IMG/VR virus record: IMGVR_UViG_3300028394_000041
Location: 64,001-128,000 of that record
DNA: 64,000 nucleotides
Source: a virus
Direction: 5' to 3' (one strand)
This document shows positions 19,201-28,502 of the stretch, one piece after another. The notes below the pieces were generated by a model, which did not search any database, was not told the DNA's origin, and was given only the letters and a program-made list of their open reading frames with translations. Both the position numbers and the translations under genes were made by a program. Position 1 is the first letter of the stretch, and each line of letters begins with the position of its first letter.

Positions 19201-22200
19201 TTTTTTAAATTACTTAAAGCGGCTTGTCTTTTTTCAGAAGCAAGTGTATCTCCAGCACCATTTCCAGGAGTAAATAATTGATTTAAATTCTGAGATAATT
19301 GAGAAAAATTAAATAATTTATCTCTTATATTTTGTAATGTTTGAGCAACTAGCTCTCCTTGTGATCCAAGGTTTTTAAATTCTTCTATAATCTTTTGTAT
19401 TTTATCTTTTGGATCTCCATCTCCCTCTAAAATCATTTTAAATGTATCTTTAATATCTGCGCCATTTTTCTTGGTAACATCTTTAGATTCTACTAATCCA
19501 TCAACAAAAACATTTAATTCTTCATTAAAATTTTGTAAATTCTTAGCTGCAAGTTCCGAAGCTAATACTTGAGAAGCAATTTGTTTTTTTGTTTCTTCAG
19601 ATTTTGTGGCAAAATCTCTTCCTACTCCTTTAGGTAAAGCTTTAACTGGATCAAGAAGGCTATTAAGTTCATTGCCTAAAGAAGCTTCAGTGCTAACATA
19701 TTTTGCTGATCTTTCTAGCTCTTTAACTCTTTTACTTATATCTTCTTGACTAAAAGGAAGAGCTCCAGTTGACATAACACTTTTAGGTCCATTTTCAATT
19801 TTTGAAACATTAAATCCAAAATTATCTTGAAAGCCTTTGGAAGAGTCCTCTAAATCTTTTAATCCTTTTGATGTCGTAAATGAAACTAATTCAACGGCAT
19901 TCGCATATCCAGTTAAAGATTGCATTAATTTTTCATTATTGATTACTAATTCAGCAAATGTGTCGCCAGATCTAGTACGAAGTCTAGAAAATGCAGATAT
20001 ATTTTCATCAAATGTATCTTTTAATTTTCCTTCTTCTTTGAGCCTAACCACAGAGCTTGTAAAATCATCTATACTTTTTGCTGATTCTTTTGCTACCGTT
20101 GCTCTTCCTAAAGCTTCTCTAAGCGTTTCTTCATTTCCACTCTCTAATGCATCTTTAATTTGATTTGTTATTTCTGGTCCAGCGCTATTAAATATTTTTG
20201 CTAAAGAATTTGCTTGATTTTTTTCAACTCTTTGCAATTCAGCGCCCGTTCCTTTTATTTCTCCGCTTCTTAATCCTTCTGCTTGACCTTTAGAAATTAA
20301 AAATCCTTGTACATCTTCACTAAATCTAGCTAAATCATTTCCTGATTTTTCAGCTTGTTTTAAAAATTCATTAGCTCTACTATTTATAATATCAAGAGCT
20401 TTTTTAAAACCTATAATACTTCCAACTAAACCTCCAATTACAATTCCAGGAGTACCAAATAAAGCACCTAAACCAGCAAAACTTGCAGCCGTACCAATTC
20501 CTTCTGCTGCTCCAGCGGCAACCTTACTCTGAGGATTAAATTGAGCAAATGTTTGAGCAGCGATTGGTGCGCCTATACTCAATCCAATTCCAACGTTTTG
20601 TAATCTACCTAAAGCTTGACTTCTTGCATTTTGAGCTCTTTCAAGACCTCCTCTTGCAATCTCACCTCTAGTTCCTCCTGCAGCAGCTCTTGCTTCTAAT
20701 TCTGTGAGCGCTCTTCTTCCTCTTAATAAACTTGATGATTGAACTACTAATGCTTCAGTTTCAATATTTAATTTTTGATTTAATTGAGAAGCTCTACTTA
20801 ATTGAGTTTCTACTTTTCCTCCTGCAGCATCAATTAAACGATATTGATTTGTTAATTTAACTAATTCTTTATTTGCATCATCTAAGGATATTTTACCAGT
20901 AAAAACACTTCGAATTAATTGTTGAATTGCTACGACTGCTTCTTTTTCTGCGGGTTCAATTATACTGATTGGCATGCCGTTAGGCGCAGAACCAATATTA
21001 GTAATTTTTTGTAAAGCGAAATTTGGTATAAATCCAGAACTAAAAGCGCCAGATGTTTTTGCTTGGTCTATATTTTTTTTACTTGCAATTCCCTGCTGTA
21101 ATCCAAAAGGTTCATCTTGAGTATTATAAACTCCTAATCCAAGTGGATTATTAGAACCTATTAATTTATTACTTCGGTCAACTCTTATTTTAGACTTTGG
21201 TACTCCAGCAGATACTTCCCTAGAGACTGCCTCTTGTAGTGCTGAAAAATTAGGTACAAATCCTCCAGCAGCCAATCTTGGTTTTGGTAGTTTTGGATCA
21301 CTTTTAACAATAGCGTCTCTATAAGCTTTATCAATTATTTCTCGGGCTTGCGTAGTTGTTATTGTCCTCTTTGCGTCTGCACGTAAAACCGCTGGCTTAA
21401 ATTGAAATTTATCATTAAACGCGGTAGCTGGAGGAGAAGATTCCTCAAAATCAAACGGTTTTTGAGCCGTATTTTGATCAAAAGCTTTTTCTAAACCTCC
21501 TCCTTTTTTTGTACCTAAATTTACCGCTGCTTCAAAAATTGATCCTTCGGTGCCTCCTGGGAAAAGATTAATTCCAGGTTTTCTAGTATTAGAAGCAAGT
21601 GTAGCTCTAAATTTTGGATCTGGACTTAAAGGCCCAAAAATCTCATCGGCCAGTTTAGCAAGCGGATCAATAAATAATTTATTGATTTCTGTAGAAAAAG
21701 TACCTTGATTTTTAATTTTTTGACTATTTTTTAAATCTTCAAGCGTTCTAGCTTGCATTCCTTCGAATCTTACGGATCTTGGGTCTTTTGGATAACCTAA
21801 TGTTTTAAATGAAGTTTCAGGATTTACAGTACCTCTTATTCCGCCTACCCCAACTATACCTAATTTACTTGCATCATAAACAACAGTTTCTCCTTTTGCT
21901 CCTGTGGTTTTTTTAGAAGGATTAATTTTAATAGCATTTATTTCTTTTTGAATTTCTGGTGTTATTGTATAATTTCTTTTTTTAATTAAATCTTCAACAT
22001 CTATTTTTTCTTTTTGAGCTTCACTAAATAAACTTTGTGCGGATTGTAAACTATTTTTAGCAAAATTAGGTATAAACCCACTACTAGCATATGGATTAAA
22101 TCCATGAGTGCTTTCAAAACTATTTTCGTAATTTTTTCCAGCTGCACTTGCTTGAGGAGGCATAATTGCTGGTTGTGCCATCCCTGGAAATTTTTTAATT

Positions 22201-23942
22201 GTTTCTGCTGAATTATAAATTATTCTTCCTGAGCCTGGCATATTCATTTCTTTTACTTGTCCAGGTTTATATCCTCCCGCTAAAGCTCCATAAATTTCTG
22301 ATAATGCAAAATTAGGTATAAATCCAGAACTTTTTGTTGTTATTTGGCCTTTGCTAACACCTACTCCTTTTCCTAAAAGACCAGTTGTAACAGAATTAGA
22401 TAATGTTGTGGCTTGAGCTCTTAAAGCATTTTGTTCTTGTAAAATTCTTAATATTTTAGTTTCAACATCTAATACGGTAATTTGCTTGCTATTAATTGCA
22501 GCTAAAAGTTCTGGTTCTCTTAATAAAACGTCATTAATTTTAGATTGAAGTTGAGCACGAATTGCTGTTTGATCATTAATTCCCAATAAAGCTTTTACTC
22601 CAGAGCCAGCAAATTTAGCCAAATCTAAAGATAATTTTCCTATAACAGCAGTAATTAAAACTATGCCTGGCCCAGATATAAAAGTAGATAATCCCTTAAG
22701 TATTCCTCCTCCAAGTTTTGCGCCAACGCCTTCAGAATCTTGATTATTAATAGCTTCTAATAATTTATTAACATTTTTTAATGTGCCTTCTATAGCTGGT
22801 TGAAGCGCTCCAGATCCAACTGTTGATCCAATTTGAGTAACATTTTGTAATGTAGCGTTAAATAACGAAGATAAAGTTTGATTTAATGCTTCGTTTCTTT
22901 TTATGGCTTCATTTGTTGAGCTAGCAGAAGTTTGTAAAGCTCTATCATATACAGAATATTCTTTTCCTAAATCTCCTAAAGCAGCTTTTAATACGTTTAT
23001 TTGAAACACGCCACCGACAAGTTCTCCAGTTTGAGATTTTTGAGAATCACTTAATCCGTCAAATGTTGTAGCTAACTCTTTTAATATTGAAATAGCAGGC
23101 AAAGTATTTCCTTCTAAATCTCTAACGTTTAATCCCAAAGACTGTAATTGATCTAACACTTCTGTTCTTTGAATTCTTGTAAAAATTGTTTTTAAAGAGT
23201 TTCCAATAACTGCTCCACCTCGCGCTGTTGTTTGTTGCACACTAGTTACAATACCAATTAATTCATCAAATCCAACGCCAGCATCTTGAGCAGAACTTCC
23301 TACTCGCTGCAACGCGTTAACTAAATCGCCAGAACTTACAGCAAACGCGGCATCAACATTAGCCAATTTATTAACAATACCTGTAGAGTCTAACGCTGTT
23401 TTATTAAAACTGTTTATTGTGGCGGTAAGAGCTTCAACTGCACTATTTGCATCTAAACCGCTTAAGCGAGTCAAAATTAAAGCATCGCTTGTTCTTTTTA
23501 ATGTTTCTTCTACTCCAAGACCTTGACGAGCTAATTCTGTTGCTGCTACTGCAACGGTTTGAAATGATTGTCCTGTATTTTTAGCTATATCAAATAAAGT
23601 AGCTCCGAATTTGCTTAATCCTTCTGTGCTTGTATTTAATATAACATTTATATCTGCTAAAGACTTTTGCACATCAATTGAGCTTTTAATTAGGTCTATA
23701 AAAGCCTTTTCTACAGTATATATCAATCCTGCACTAGCTCCGAACGCAATAACGCGAGCATTGGAAGCATCTAATGATTTTTGAAATTCATTTGCTGCAC
23801 CAGTGATTCTACCTAAAGGTTGGGTAAAGGCTTTTTCATTCAATCCCTTCAATTTAAAGTCTTTAGATAAAGCGCTTTGAATATCTCTTTCAAGTTGCCT
23901 TGTATCCGCACCTATTGAAATTATGCCACCTGTTCTAGCCAT
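16263..23942 (-). CDS. tail tape measure protein
   Basis: TP901-like N-terminal core (ELARQG, TARGGAVIGNSLKTIFTRI), long helical body, and gpH-like C-terminal repeats (DDVPAxLxxGEYVI, FASGG). Confidence 0.93.
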   Translation of the reverse strand: MARTGGIISIGADTRQLERDIQSALSKDFKLKGLNEKAFTQPLGRITGAANEFQKSLDASNARVIAFGASAGLIYTVEKAFIDLIKSSIDVQKSLADINVILNTSTEGLSKFGATLFDIAKNTGQSFQTVAVAATELARQGLGVEETLKRTSDALILTRLSGLDANSAVEALTATINSFNKTALDSTGIVNKLANVDAAFAVSSGDLVNALQRVGSSAQDAGVGFDELIGIVTSVQQTTARGGAVIGNSLKTIFTRIQRTEVLDQLQSLGLNVRDLEGNTLPAISILKELATTFDGLSDSQKSQTGELVGGVFQINVLKAALGDLGKEYSVYDRALQTSASSTNEAIKRNEALNQTLSSLFNATLQNVTQIGSTVGSGALQPAIEGTLKNVNKLLEAINNQDSEGVGAKLGGGILKGLSTFISGPGIVLITAVIGKLSLDLAKFAGSGVKALLGINDQTAIRAQLQSKINDVLLREPELLAAINSKQITVLDVETKILRILQEQNALRAQATTLSNSVTTGLLGKGVGVSKGQITTKSSGFIPNFALSEIYGALAGGYKPGQVKEMNMPGSGRIIYNSAETIKKFPGMAQPAIMPPQASAAGKNYENSFESTHGFNPYASSGFIPNFAKNSLQSAQSLFSEAQKEKIDVEDLIKKRNYTITPEIQKEINAIKINPSKKTTGAKGETVVYDASKLGIVGVGGIRGTVNPETSFKTLGYPKDPRSVRFEGMQARTLEDLKNSQKIKNQGTFSTEINKLFIDPLAKLADEIFGPLSPDPKFRATLASNTRKPGINLFPGGTEGSIFEAAVNLGTKKGGGLEKAFDQNTAQKPFDFEESSPPATAFNDKFQFKPAVLRADAKRTITTTQAREIIDKAYRDAIVKSDPKLPKPRLAAGGFVPNFSALQEAVSREVSAGVPKSKIRVDRSNKLIGSNNPLGLGVYNTQDEPFGLQQGIASKKNIDQAKTSGAFSSGFIPNFALQKITNIGSAPNGMPISIIEPAEKEAVVAIQQLIRSVFTGKISLDDANKELVKLTNQYRLIDAAGGKVETQLSRASQLNQKLNIETEALVVQSSSLLRGRRALTELEARAAAGGTRGEIARGGLERAQNARSQALGRLQNVGIGLSIGAPIAAQTFAQFNPQSKVAAGAAEGIGTAASFAGLGALFGTPGIVIGGLVGSIIGFKKALDIINSRANEFLKQAEKSGNDLARFSEDVQGFLISKGQAEGLRSGEIKGTGAELQRVEKNQANSLAKIFNSAGPEITNQIKDALESGNEETLREALGRATVAKESAKSIDDFTSSVVRLKEEGKLKDTFDENISAFSRLRTRSGDTFAELVINNEKLMQSLTGYANAVELVSFTTSKGLKDLEDSSKGFQDNFGFNVSKIENGPKSVMSTGALPFSQEDISKRVKELERSAKYVSTEASLGNELNSLLDPVKALPKGVGRDFATKSEETKKQIASQVLASELAAKNLQNFNEELNVFVDGLVESKDVTKKNGADIKDTFKMILEGDGDPKDKIQKIIEEFKNLGSQGELVAQTLQNIRDKLFNFSQLSQNLNQLFTPGNGAGDTLASEKRQAALSNLKNGNFQDLFKDTSFKDTQINSILGKTVQETLGKIASGTVDEEKRKNEAKKFQEEFVKELEAMTNAGVPYEIALAKISAAAERTALSSSISSTNLGDLAKNISSASLREETLNRYREIEIGLRKQYGDDTAGLAKAAEAAKLGLLGVAQAAEGRTSRKDLNSIALSKAQADMGAGAFQGLDLRQMGKTNKIDFQEIVKNTGAQTINAINEGIFDPETKRKLIDQAILQQERMISKINEGSVTTRDISDYKNKNQEIQNSSALLQNGFDRLNQSVYTASAREDAKSALAEQLRKLEEEYKGNLEALNRVAPLLANKLAAIAGAKEGSVFADELQSAGEAERTARIREKKFKPSDPFAAFSEEMTYGTQDMARDVNSTFVDTARTMKSEFNNAFQSVIDGTKTVDDAFRTMALNIANKIQQLALQMATNSIFNSLFSSIGGIPSAFKNPLGGANGGMVTSSGIQRFSNGGKVMGGSGTKDDVPAALGKGEYVIKKSSVNKYGDRFLQKLNEGGVVQMAGGGYANYNPPESSIQNMLTNAKVDPLIIAGKEAQGRIITKEMAKAFQNTINDMLAGNDISFSDRNSLTEDLSSAFGGGARFELGNVYNYDSDFASSGTNILDPRLSDLAREDPNNPQNKIIQDKKSRLIDYLAEGIGIYYNNRDAAIDTIRNNLENRSRVDQMNKEAQDNYKKQQDNIFWGGLLSAGMAVGGGLLGQALAGNGLFSPSSPRDSGTSGLNLGNSGRLSPTQAANQKLNLPSASNSRLSATAPMASPSSYGTSALNLGNSGRLSAPPPTMSQYNQAKVYGAGLGQIGGGGTSPYSVYNRANGGMIGFAKGGNTGKDDVPALLMGGEYVIRKDSVNHYGKKFFDNINSGRMKKFASGGMVSPDDGNDLGILGSKKSEATTAGEISNNINISISIDQSGNVSEDAGNSNSGNQLRSNRLASEKQAKELSDKIKTEVVKVITDQQRPGGMLSSSVYKKVR

Positions 23943-23962
23943 TCCTTGCTCCTTCTACAATA

Positions 23963-23968
23963 TTACAC
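23963..23968 (-). promoter_or_regulatory. GTGTAA late-promoter motif
   Basis: 20 nt upstream of the TMP start; leader has AAGGAG. Confidence 0.65.
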
Positions 23969-24012
23969 AGTATTTAATATTTATGATAGCTTTAACCTAT
24001 CTTATTACAGTT

Positions 24013-25014
24013 TTACTCCCCATGTAGCTTCATAAGATCTTGCATAGTTAATACTCCACCTTTTTTCTCTGCAACGTCATGTAACGAGATAACATTTTTA
24101 TCTGCACCAATTTTAGCTAAATCTTCTTTTTTAGCACCAATAATCGAAGTAGATACTGTTCCATCAGTTTTTTGAGTATCATTCTTTTCTATCATTTCAT
24201 CTGCATTTTTACCAGTTTCTAGCCATTCTATAAGCTTATCTGGATCATTATAATAATCTTCTGGTGGAGTATGTTTAGAATTAGATACTATATTTTTAAA
24301 GTACCTAGCAAAACTAAATATTTCCATTTGATAAAAGGTTAAATCTATAATAGGTTTTCCATATAGATAATACGGATTTTCTGGGCTTAAATTAAATAAA
24401 TTAAGATAAAAAGAAGATAATGCAATTTTCTTTAAATTTTGTTCTGAAAACCTTATATTAACTTTATTGTAAATGAACACTAATTTTGTTATATCAAAAT
24501 TCTCAAGCTCTTCGAACTCTTCTTGAGAAAAAAACTTTTCATTTAAATTTATGTCTTTATATACAGATATAAACATAAAATATTCATTTATTTTTTTATT
24601 TGCATAGTCTTCTACTGTAAAGCCCAATAACTCAGTAAATTCGTGCAACAAGGCTTTTAAATCTTTTTCTTCTTGTTCGATAGACTTATTTATATATTTG
24701 ATATCTTCAATTTTAAATACTTTATTTTTGGTTTGTTTAAGGGAGGATATACTTTTTTTGATCTTATCTATCTTTTCGTTCTTCTCTAAAGACCAAAGAT
24801 TTTCTTTAATCAAATACTTTTCTTTTTCTTTTTTGGTCGGCAAACCGCTGTGTATTGCTCTTTTTTCAAAATCTTGCTTTTTATAATCTATATCGCCCGA
24901 ATTGATTGTAGTATTATGCTTTATATATAGGTCATGTTTTTCATAATTAGTTTTAGAAAAACCCTTTAATATATCTATAAAAGTAAGCTTTAAATTACTT
25001 TCACTATTTTCCAA
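24013..25014 (-). CDS. putative tail assembly chaperone
   Basis: Charged helical 333-aa protein immediately upstream of the TMP; call is from synteny only. Confidence 0.45.
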   Translation of the reverse strand: MENSESNLKLTFIDILKGFSKTNYEKHDLYIKHNTTINSGDIDYKKQDFEKRAIHSGLPTKKEKEKYLIKENLWSLEKNEKIDKIKKSISSLKQTKNKVFKIEDIKYINKSIEQEEKDLKALLHEFTELLGFTVEDYANKKINEYFMFISVYKDINLNEKFFSQEEFEELENFDITKLVFIYNKVNIRFSEQNLKKIALSSFYLNLFNLSPENPYYLYGKPIIDLTFYQMEIFSFARYFKNIVSNSKHTPPEDYYNDPDKLIEWLETGKNADEMIEKNDTQKTDGTVSTSIIGAKKEDLAKIGADKNVISLHDVAEKKGGVLTMQDLMKLHGE

Positions 25015-25050
25015 TTAAATTACCCCACTTTCTTTATTGGGTTTTTTAAC

Positions 25051-25833
25051 TTATGGTTTAACTTCTTCTGGATTAGGAACGGTTTTAGGGTCTGTCGCAA
25101 TCATATTCAGAAGCTTCTCAAACTCTTCTTGGCTTGAGGCCCGACCAGTATACCAAAAACTTATAAGATAGATTAATTTAGCTAACGCTTGTTTTTCCCA
25201 AGAATTTTCTGGACCGTCTTCTATAGAGTCGTAAGCCGAAAGTTTTTCTTCAAAAGAAGCGCCGCTAAATAAATTTTCATATGTCTTATCTTTATTTTCT
25301 AATAAACTAAGCTGAAGAACCCACCACATTATAGTTTTATTTCTTGCTCTATTTTCTGCGGTTTGATCAAATAGGCTCGCTTGAGCGAATTCATAGTCTT
25401 GAAGCTTTTCTTTATTTTTTGATATTTCCCTTAATAAATTTTTATAGTCACTACGCTCTTCTTCTGTTCTTGAGGCTTCTTCTTTTAATGAAAGTTTTTG
25501 GAATTGGGTTTGTGTATCAAATAAAGACACATACAATTTAGTATATTCTTCTTTATCTAATTCACTGAAAATGCCGCCATCGTTACTAAACCTTTTGGCT
25601 AGTAAAGCTCTTGTAAGTAATCCAGCCTTTATACCTTCTGATAATTTTACTCCATAAAATAACTCAGCTTCATCAAATAAACTTCTGGTGGGCTTTTTTA
25701 TAGCTAATTTAGCAGGTACATTCTTCTTTACTTTTTTAGTAATCTTGACCTCTTCGTTTTTTTCATTTTTTGATATTTCTACTTCGTCAACTTCTTCTTC
25801 TTTATTTATTTCAAATCCAAACATTATTTTCAT
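25051..25833 (-). CDS. putative tail assembly chaperone
   Basis: Acidic helical protein between the tail tube and TMP; call is from synteny only. Confidence 0.45.
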   Translation of the reverse strand: MKIMFGFEINKEEEVDEVEISKNEKNEEVKITKKVKKNVPAKLAIKKPTRSLFDEAELFYGVKLSEGIKAGLLTRALLAKRFSNDGGIFSELDKEEYTKLYVSLFDTQTQFQKLSLKEEASRTEEERSDYKNLLREISKNKEKLQDYEFAQASLFDQTAENRARNKTIMWWVLQLSLLENKDKTYENLFSGASFEEKLSAYDSIEDGPENSWEKQALAKLIYLISFWYTGRASSQEEFEKLLNMIATDPKTVPNPEEVKP

Positions 25834-26105
25834 ATTTTTTCTCCATTATTTTCAATTAAATTATTTAAATAGTCTTTTATTTTACCGTAGTAAACAACGC
25901 CACCAATTGTTTTGATGAACTTATGCTTCTTTTCATTATCCCAATTTTTATAATTTTTGATAAAGTTAAGTTTCTTTAACGCGATTAGATTTGGCTTTAA
26001 AATTCCAAAGTCGTCCTTTAGACTTTTTTGGATGCTTTGCACAGAAAGATTGCCTTCGATTATTTCATCTATAGAAAAATTATAATTTAGTCTCTTGGTT
26101 TTCAT
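25830..26105 (-). CDS. hypothetical protein
   Basis: 91-aa ORF coupled by ATGA overlaps on both sides. Confidence 0.7.
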   Translation of the reverse strand: MKTKRLNYNFSIDEIIEGNLSVQSIQKSLKDDFGILKPNLIALKKLNFIKNYKNWDNEKKHKFIKTIGGVVYYGKIKDYLNNLIENNGEKI

Positions 26106-26326
26106 TTGAGTGTTATATTAATCTTACTAAAGCTTTCTTCTATTTCTCTTACTGCGTCATTGGCGTTATCAAGAACTCTTTTGCGTATTTTTTGATAGGT
26201 TTCACTATTTATATTATAACCAGAATCACTTAAATCTTCAAGAATAAAAAAGAAACTTTTATATATACTTGTAATCTTTCTCTTTATCTGAAAAAGAGTC
26301 ATATCTTTTATAGGATCATTTTCCAT
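26102..26326 (-). CDS. hypothetical protein
   Basis: 74-aa ORF with GTGTAA and an AGGT-rich leader. Confidence 0.7.
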   Translation of the reverse strand: MENDPIKDMTLFQIKRKITSIYKSFFFILEDLSDSGYNINSETYQKIRKRVLDNANDAVREIEESFSKINITLK

Positions 26327-26368
26327 AATCTTTTACCTTTTGACCTTAAACCTTTAACCTAACATGTA

Positions 26369-26374
26369 TTACAC
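26369..26374 (-). promoter_or_regulatory. GTGTAA late-promoter motif
   Basis: Directly after the tail-tube terminator, 42 nt before the ATG at 26326. Confidence 0.65.
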
Positions 26375-26375
26375 C

Positions 26376-26409
26376 AAAAAATAACCCCCGCTTACGCGAG
26401 GGTTATTTT
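26376..26409 (-). terminator. intrinsic terminator after the tail tube gene
   Basis: Minus strand AAAATAACCCTCGC-GTAA-GCGGGGGTTATTTTTT; GNRA loop and U tract. Confidence 0.85.
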
Positions 26410-26430
26410 AATTTAACTTAGTTTAACTTA

Positions 26431-27576
26431 TTAGGCTTGACCGCTAATAAATATTCCGTTAGTCAAGTCTTGAGGACCACCAACTTGAGTGCTAAATGTC
26501 ATACTAACGGTCTTATTCTTGCCGATATCAGAGCTAAACTCTTGACTATCTAGTTTTGCGCCTTTAAGTTTGAATGAAGCAACTGTTGTGGCAGAATCTG
26601 TTGGACTCTTGATTGTAATTGTTGGTGTAAATGTTCCTCCATCTGCAGCAACAGTTTGAGCTAGAGCACCTGTTTGTAGGTCTGTCATTTGAGCATCGAC
26701 TTTAAGAGTTACAGTAAGTGGAAAGTTAATTTCGCGACTAAATGCAAATCTACTTCCTAATTTTTCAATTGGAGTACGTCCTAAATCAAAACTCATGGTA
26801 TAATTCTGTACATTCATTGTAGTGGTATCTGCTCCACCAGCGTTTGTATTAGCTATGGATAAACTAATATCTCCTGGTCGAAGAGCACTGATTCCACTAA
26901 TATTTGTTGTAGCGCTAGAATTTTGTACAGCTTTTGGTAATTGATAAAAATTAGTTAATGCTGCTCCATTTGTTGGATTAATTGCTGGGGTATAATTTCC
27001 ACTTGTGCCTTTTTGGAAATTCATGTTCAATCCTTCAATATTAACTGTGGCTGTTGGGAAATTGCCAACTGAAGCTTCTGTAGAATAAGAAGTTAAAAAT
27101 GCATTACCAATACCAATAACGCCGTTGTTAGCTGTACCAGTCTCAGAATACTCGACAGCATCAGAACCTTCTGAAACAGTTCTGATAAAGTAGTTTCTTT
27201 CGTCTTGTATTTTGTTTAAAATTCCAGAAATAGCAGAGACTTCGTTTGCAGTATTAGAAATTGAGAACCCTAATCCACTTTCGTTAGAAAGATTTGCTAG
27301 TAAATAACTAAAATCAAGTGAAACGGTTGGACTACTCAAGATAACACGGTCAATTGCAGCTAGTTGGCCAAATTGATTTACGTCAGTGCGATCAACTTTG
27401 AAACTGTAATTTACAGTTTGAATTCTTTGAAGTTGTTTAACTAAGTTAGAGTTTTCATTTGCTACATTGGTGCTTCCACCTTGTCCAGCTGTGAATGTTC
27501 CATAATGAAAACCTGATGCGGGTGAGGGCCCAGCGTAAAGGGCTTCTGATTGATAAATTATTCTATTTCTAGGCAT
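26431..27576 (-). CDS. major tail tube protein
   Basis: Beta-rich 381 aa between neck genes and chaperones/TMP; strong SD (GGAG), its own promoter motif and a terminator. Confidence 0.75.
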   Translation of the reverse strand: MPRNRIIYQSEALYAGPSPASGFHYGTFTAGQGGSTNVANENSNLVKQLQRIQTVNYSFKVDRTDVNQFGQLAAIDRVILSSPTVSLDFSYLLANLSNESGLGFSISNTANEVSAISGILNKIQDERNYFIRTVSEGSDAVEYSETGTANNGVIGIGNAFLTSYSTEASVGNFPTATVNIEGLNMNFQKGTSGNYTPAINPTNGAALTNFYQLPKAVQNSSATTNISGISALRPGDISLSIANTNAGGADTTTMNVQNYTMSFDLGRTPIEKLGSRFAFSREINFPLTVTLKVDAQMTDLQTGALAQTVAADGGTFTPTITIKSPTDSATTVASFKLKGAKLDSQEFSSDIGKNKTVSMTFSTQVGGPQDLTNGIFISGQA

Positions 27577-27601
27577 ATTATTTGTTCTCCATTTGTAGTT
27601 A

Positions 27602-27607
27602 TTACAC
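27602..27607 (-). promoter_or_regulatory. GTGTAA late-promoter motif
   Basis: 25 nt upstream of the tail tube start. Confidence 0.65.
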
Positions 27608-27632
27608 CGATTTTTAGTAGATTTTTATTTTT

Positions 27633-28502
27633 TTATTGTCTTGGGTATCTATTTTTTATTATCTCAAAATCAACAAAAGCAGAATATACATTTCTATTTA
27701 AACTGTTTGTAGTATTTAATAATCTAGTATCAGTTTTAGACACAGTAACATCATTAATATATACATAATCTGAATCTGCTATTTTATTTTTAGTATAACC
27801 AGTATAATCAAAACATTTATTTGCAGTAGATATAGAGCCTAGAGAATTAAATGGCATTTCATTAGGGTATATTAATGGTATTAATTGCCTAGAGGTATCT
27901 CTCATTATGCTTGTTACAGCATCCAAATTATATACATTATCAGCTAATATTATAGCCCTAATATTACCCACTGTTTGATCTAAACCACCAAAAGCCAAGG
28001 GTTTATTTCTGCCGCCTTGATATTTTAAATATATAACAGGATAAGTTTCAGCATTTATAGGTAGACCAGTTGGGTTTTGATATGTTCTAGGATTAATTTG
28101 ATAAGAGGTTTCAAATAATACATTTTCTTCACTTTTGCTAGTCAAAAACATATTAAAATCTTTAACAGCATAATTGGCACTTAAAGAAGCGCTAGGATTA
28201 GGTATGCTTTGGCTAAAATATAATTGACCTTCTTGAGCGTTAATCCCACTTAATCCACTTTGACCAACAGTTATAAAATTTCCATTTAAATATACGCCAC
28301 TTATAATATCAGCCCCACTTATAGAGCAATCAATAACCATTTGTTTAAATGGTGCTCCATAAGTATAATATCCATGATACATATTGCTGATTTCATAAAA
28401 TGCACTAGAATGATTTGTAAAAGCTTCGCCTTTAGTTAGTACTTTATTATCTAACCAAAGCAACATATTCGTCATTAAGATATTGTCAAATTGCGGTATC
28501 AT
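27633..28502 (-). CDS. putative tail terminator/completion protein
   Basis: Position just before the tail tube; YPVIYL..PLAFGG motif. Confidence 0.5.
   Translation of the reverse strand: MIPQFDNILMTNMLLWLDNKVLTKGEAFTNHSSAFYEISNMYHGYYTYGAPFKQMVIDCSISGADIISGVYLNGNFITVGQSGLSGINAQEGQLYFSQSIPNPSASLSANYAVKDFNMFLTSKSEENVLFETSYQINPRTYQNPTGLPINAETYPVIYLKYQGGRNKPLAFGGLDQTVGNIRAIILADNVYNLDAVTSIMRDTSRQLIPLIYPNEMPFNSLGSISTANKCFDYTGYTKNKIADSDYVYINDVTVSKTDTRLLNTTNSLNRNVYSAFVDFEIIKNRYPRQ

Noticed and set aside
17015-20163. Short antisense ORFs inside the tape measure (and similar ones in other long genes)
   Set aside because: They fully overlap well-supported genes on the opposite strand and have no RBS, promoter or recognisable motifs.
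25015-25060. Programmed G/GT-type frameshift between the two putative tail chaperones
   Set aside because: The downstream frame has a TAA immediately before its TTG start, and I saw no slippery heptamer that would join the frames.
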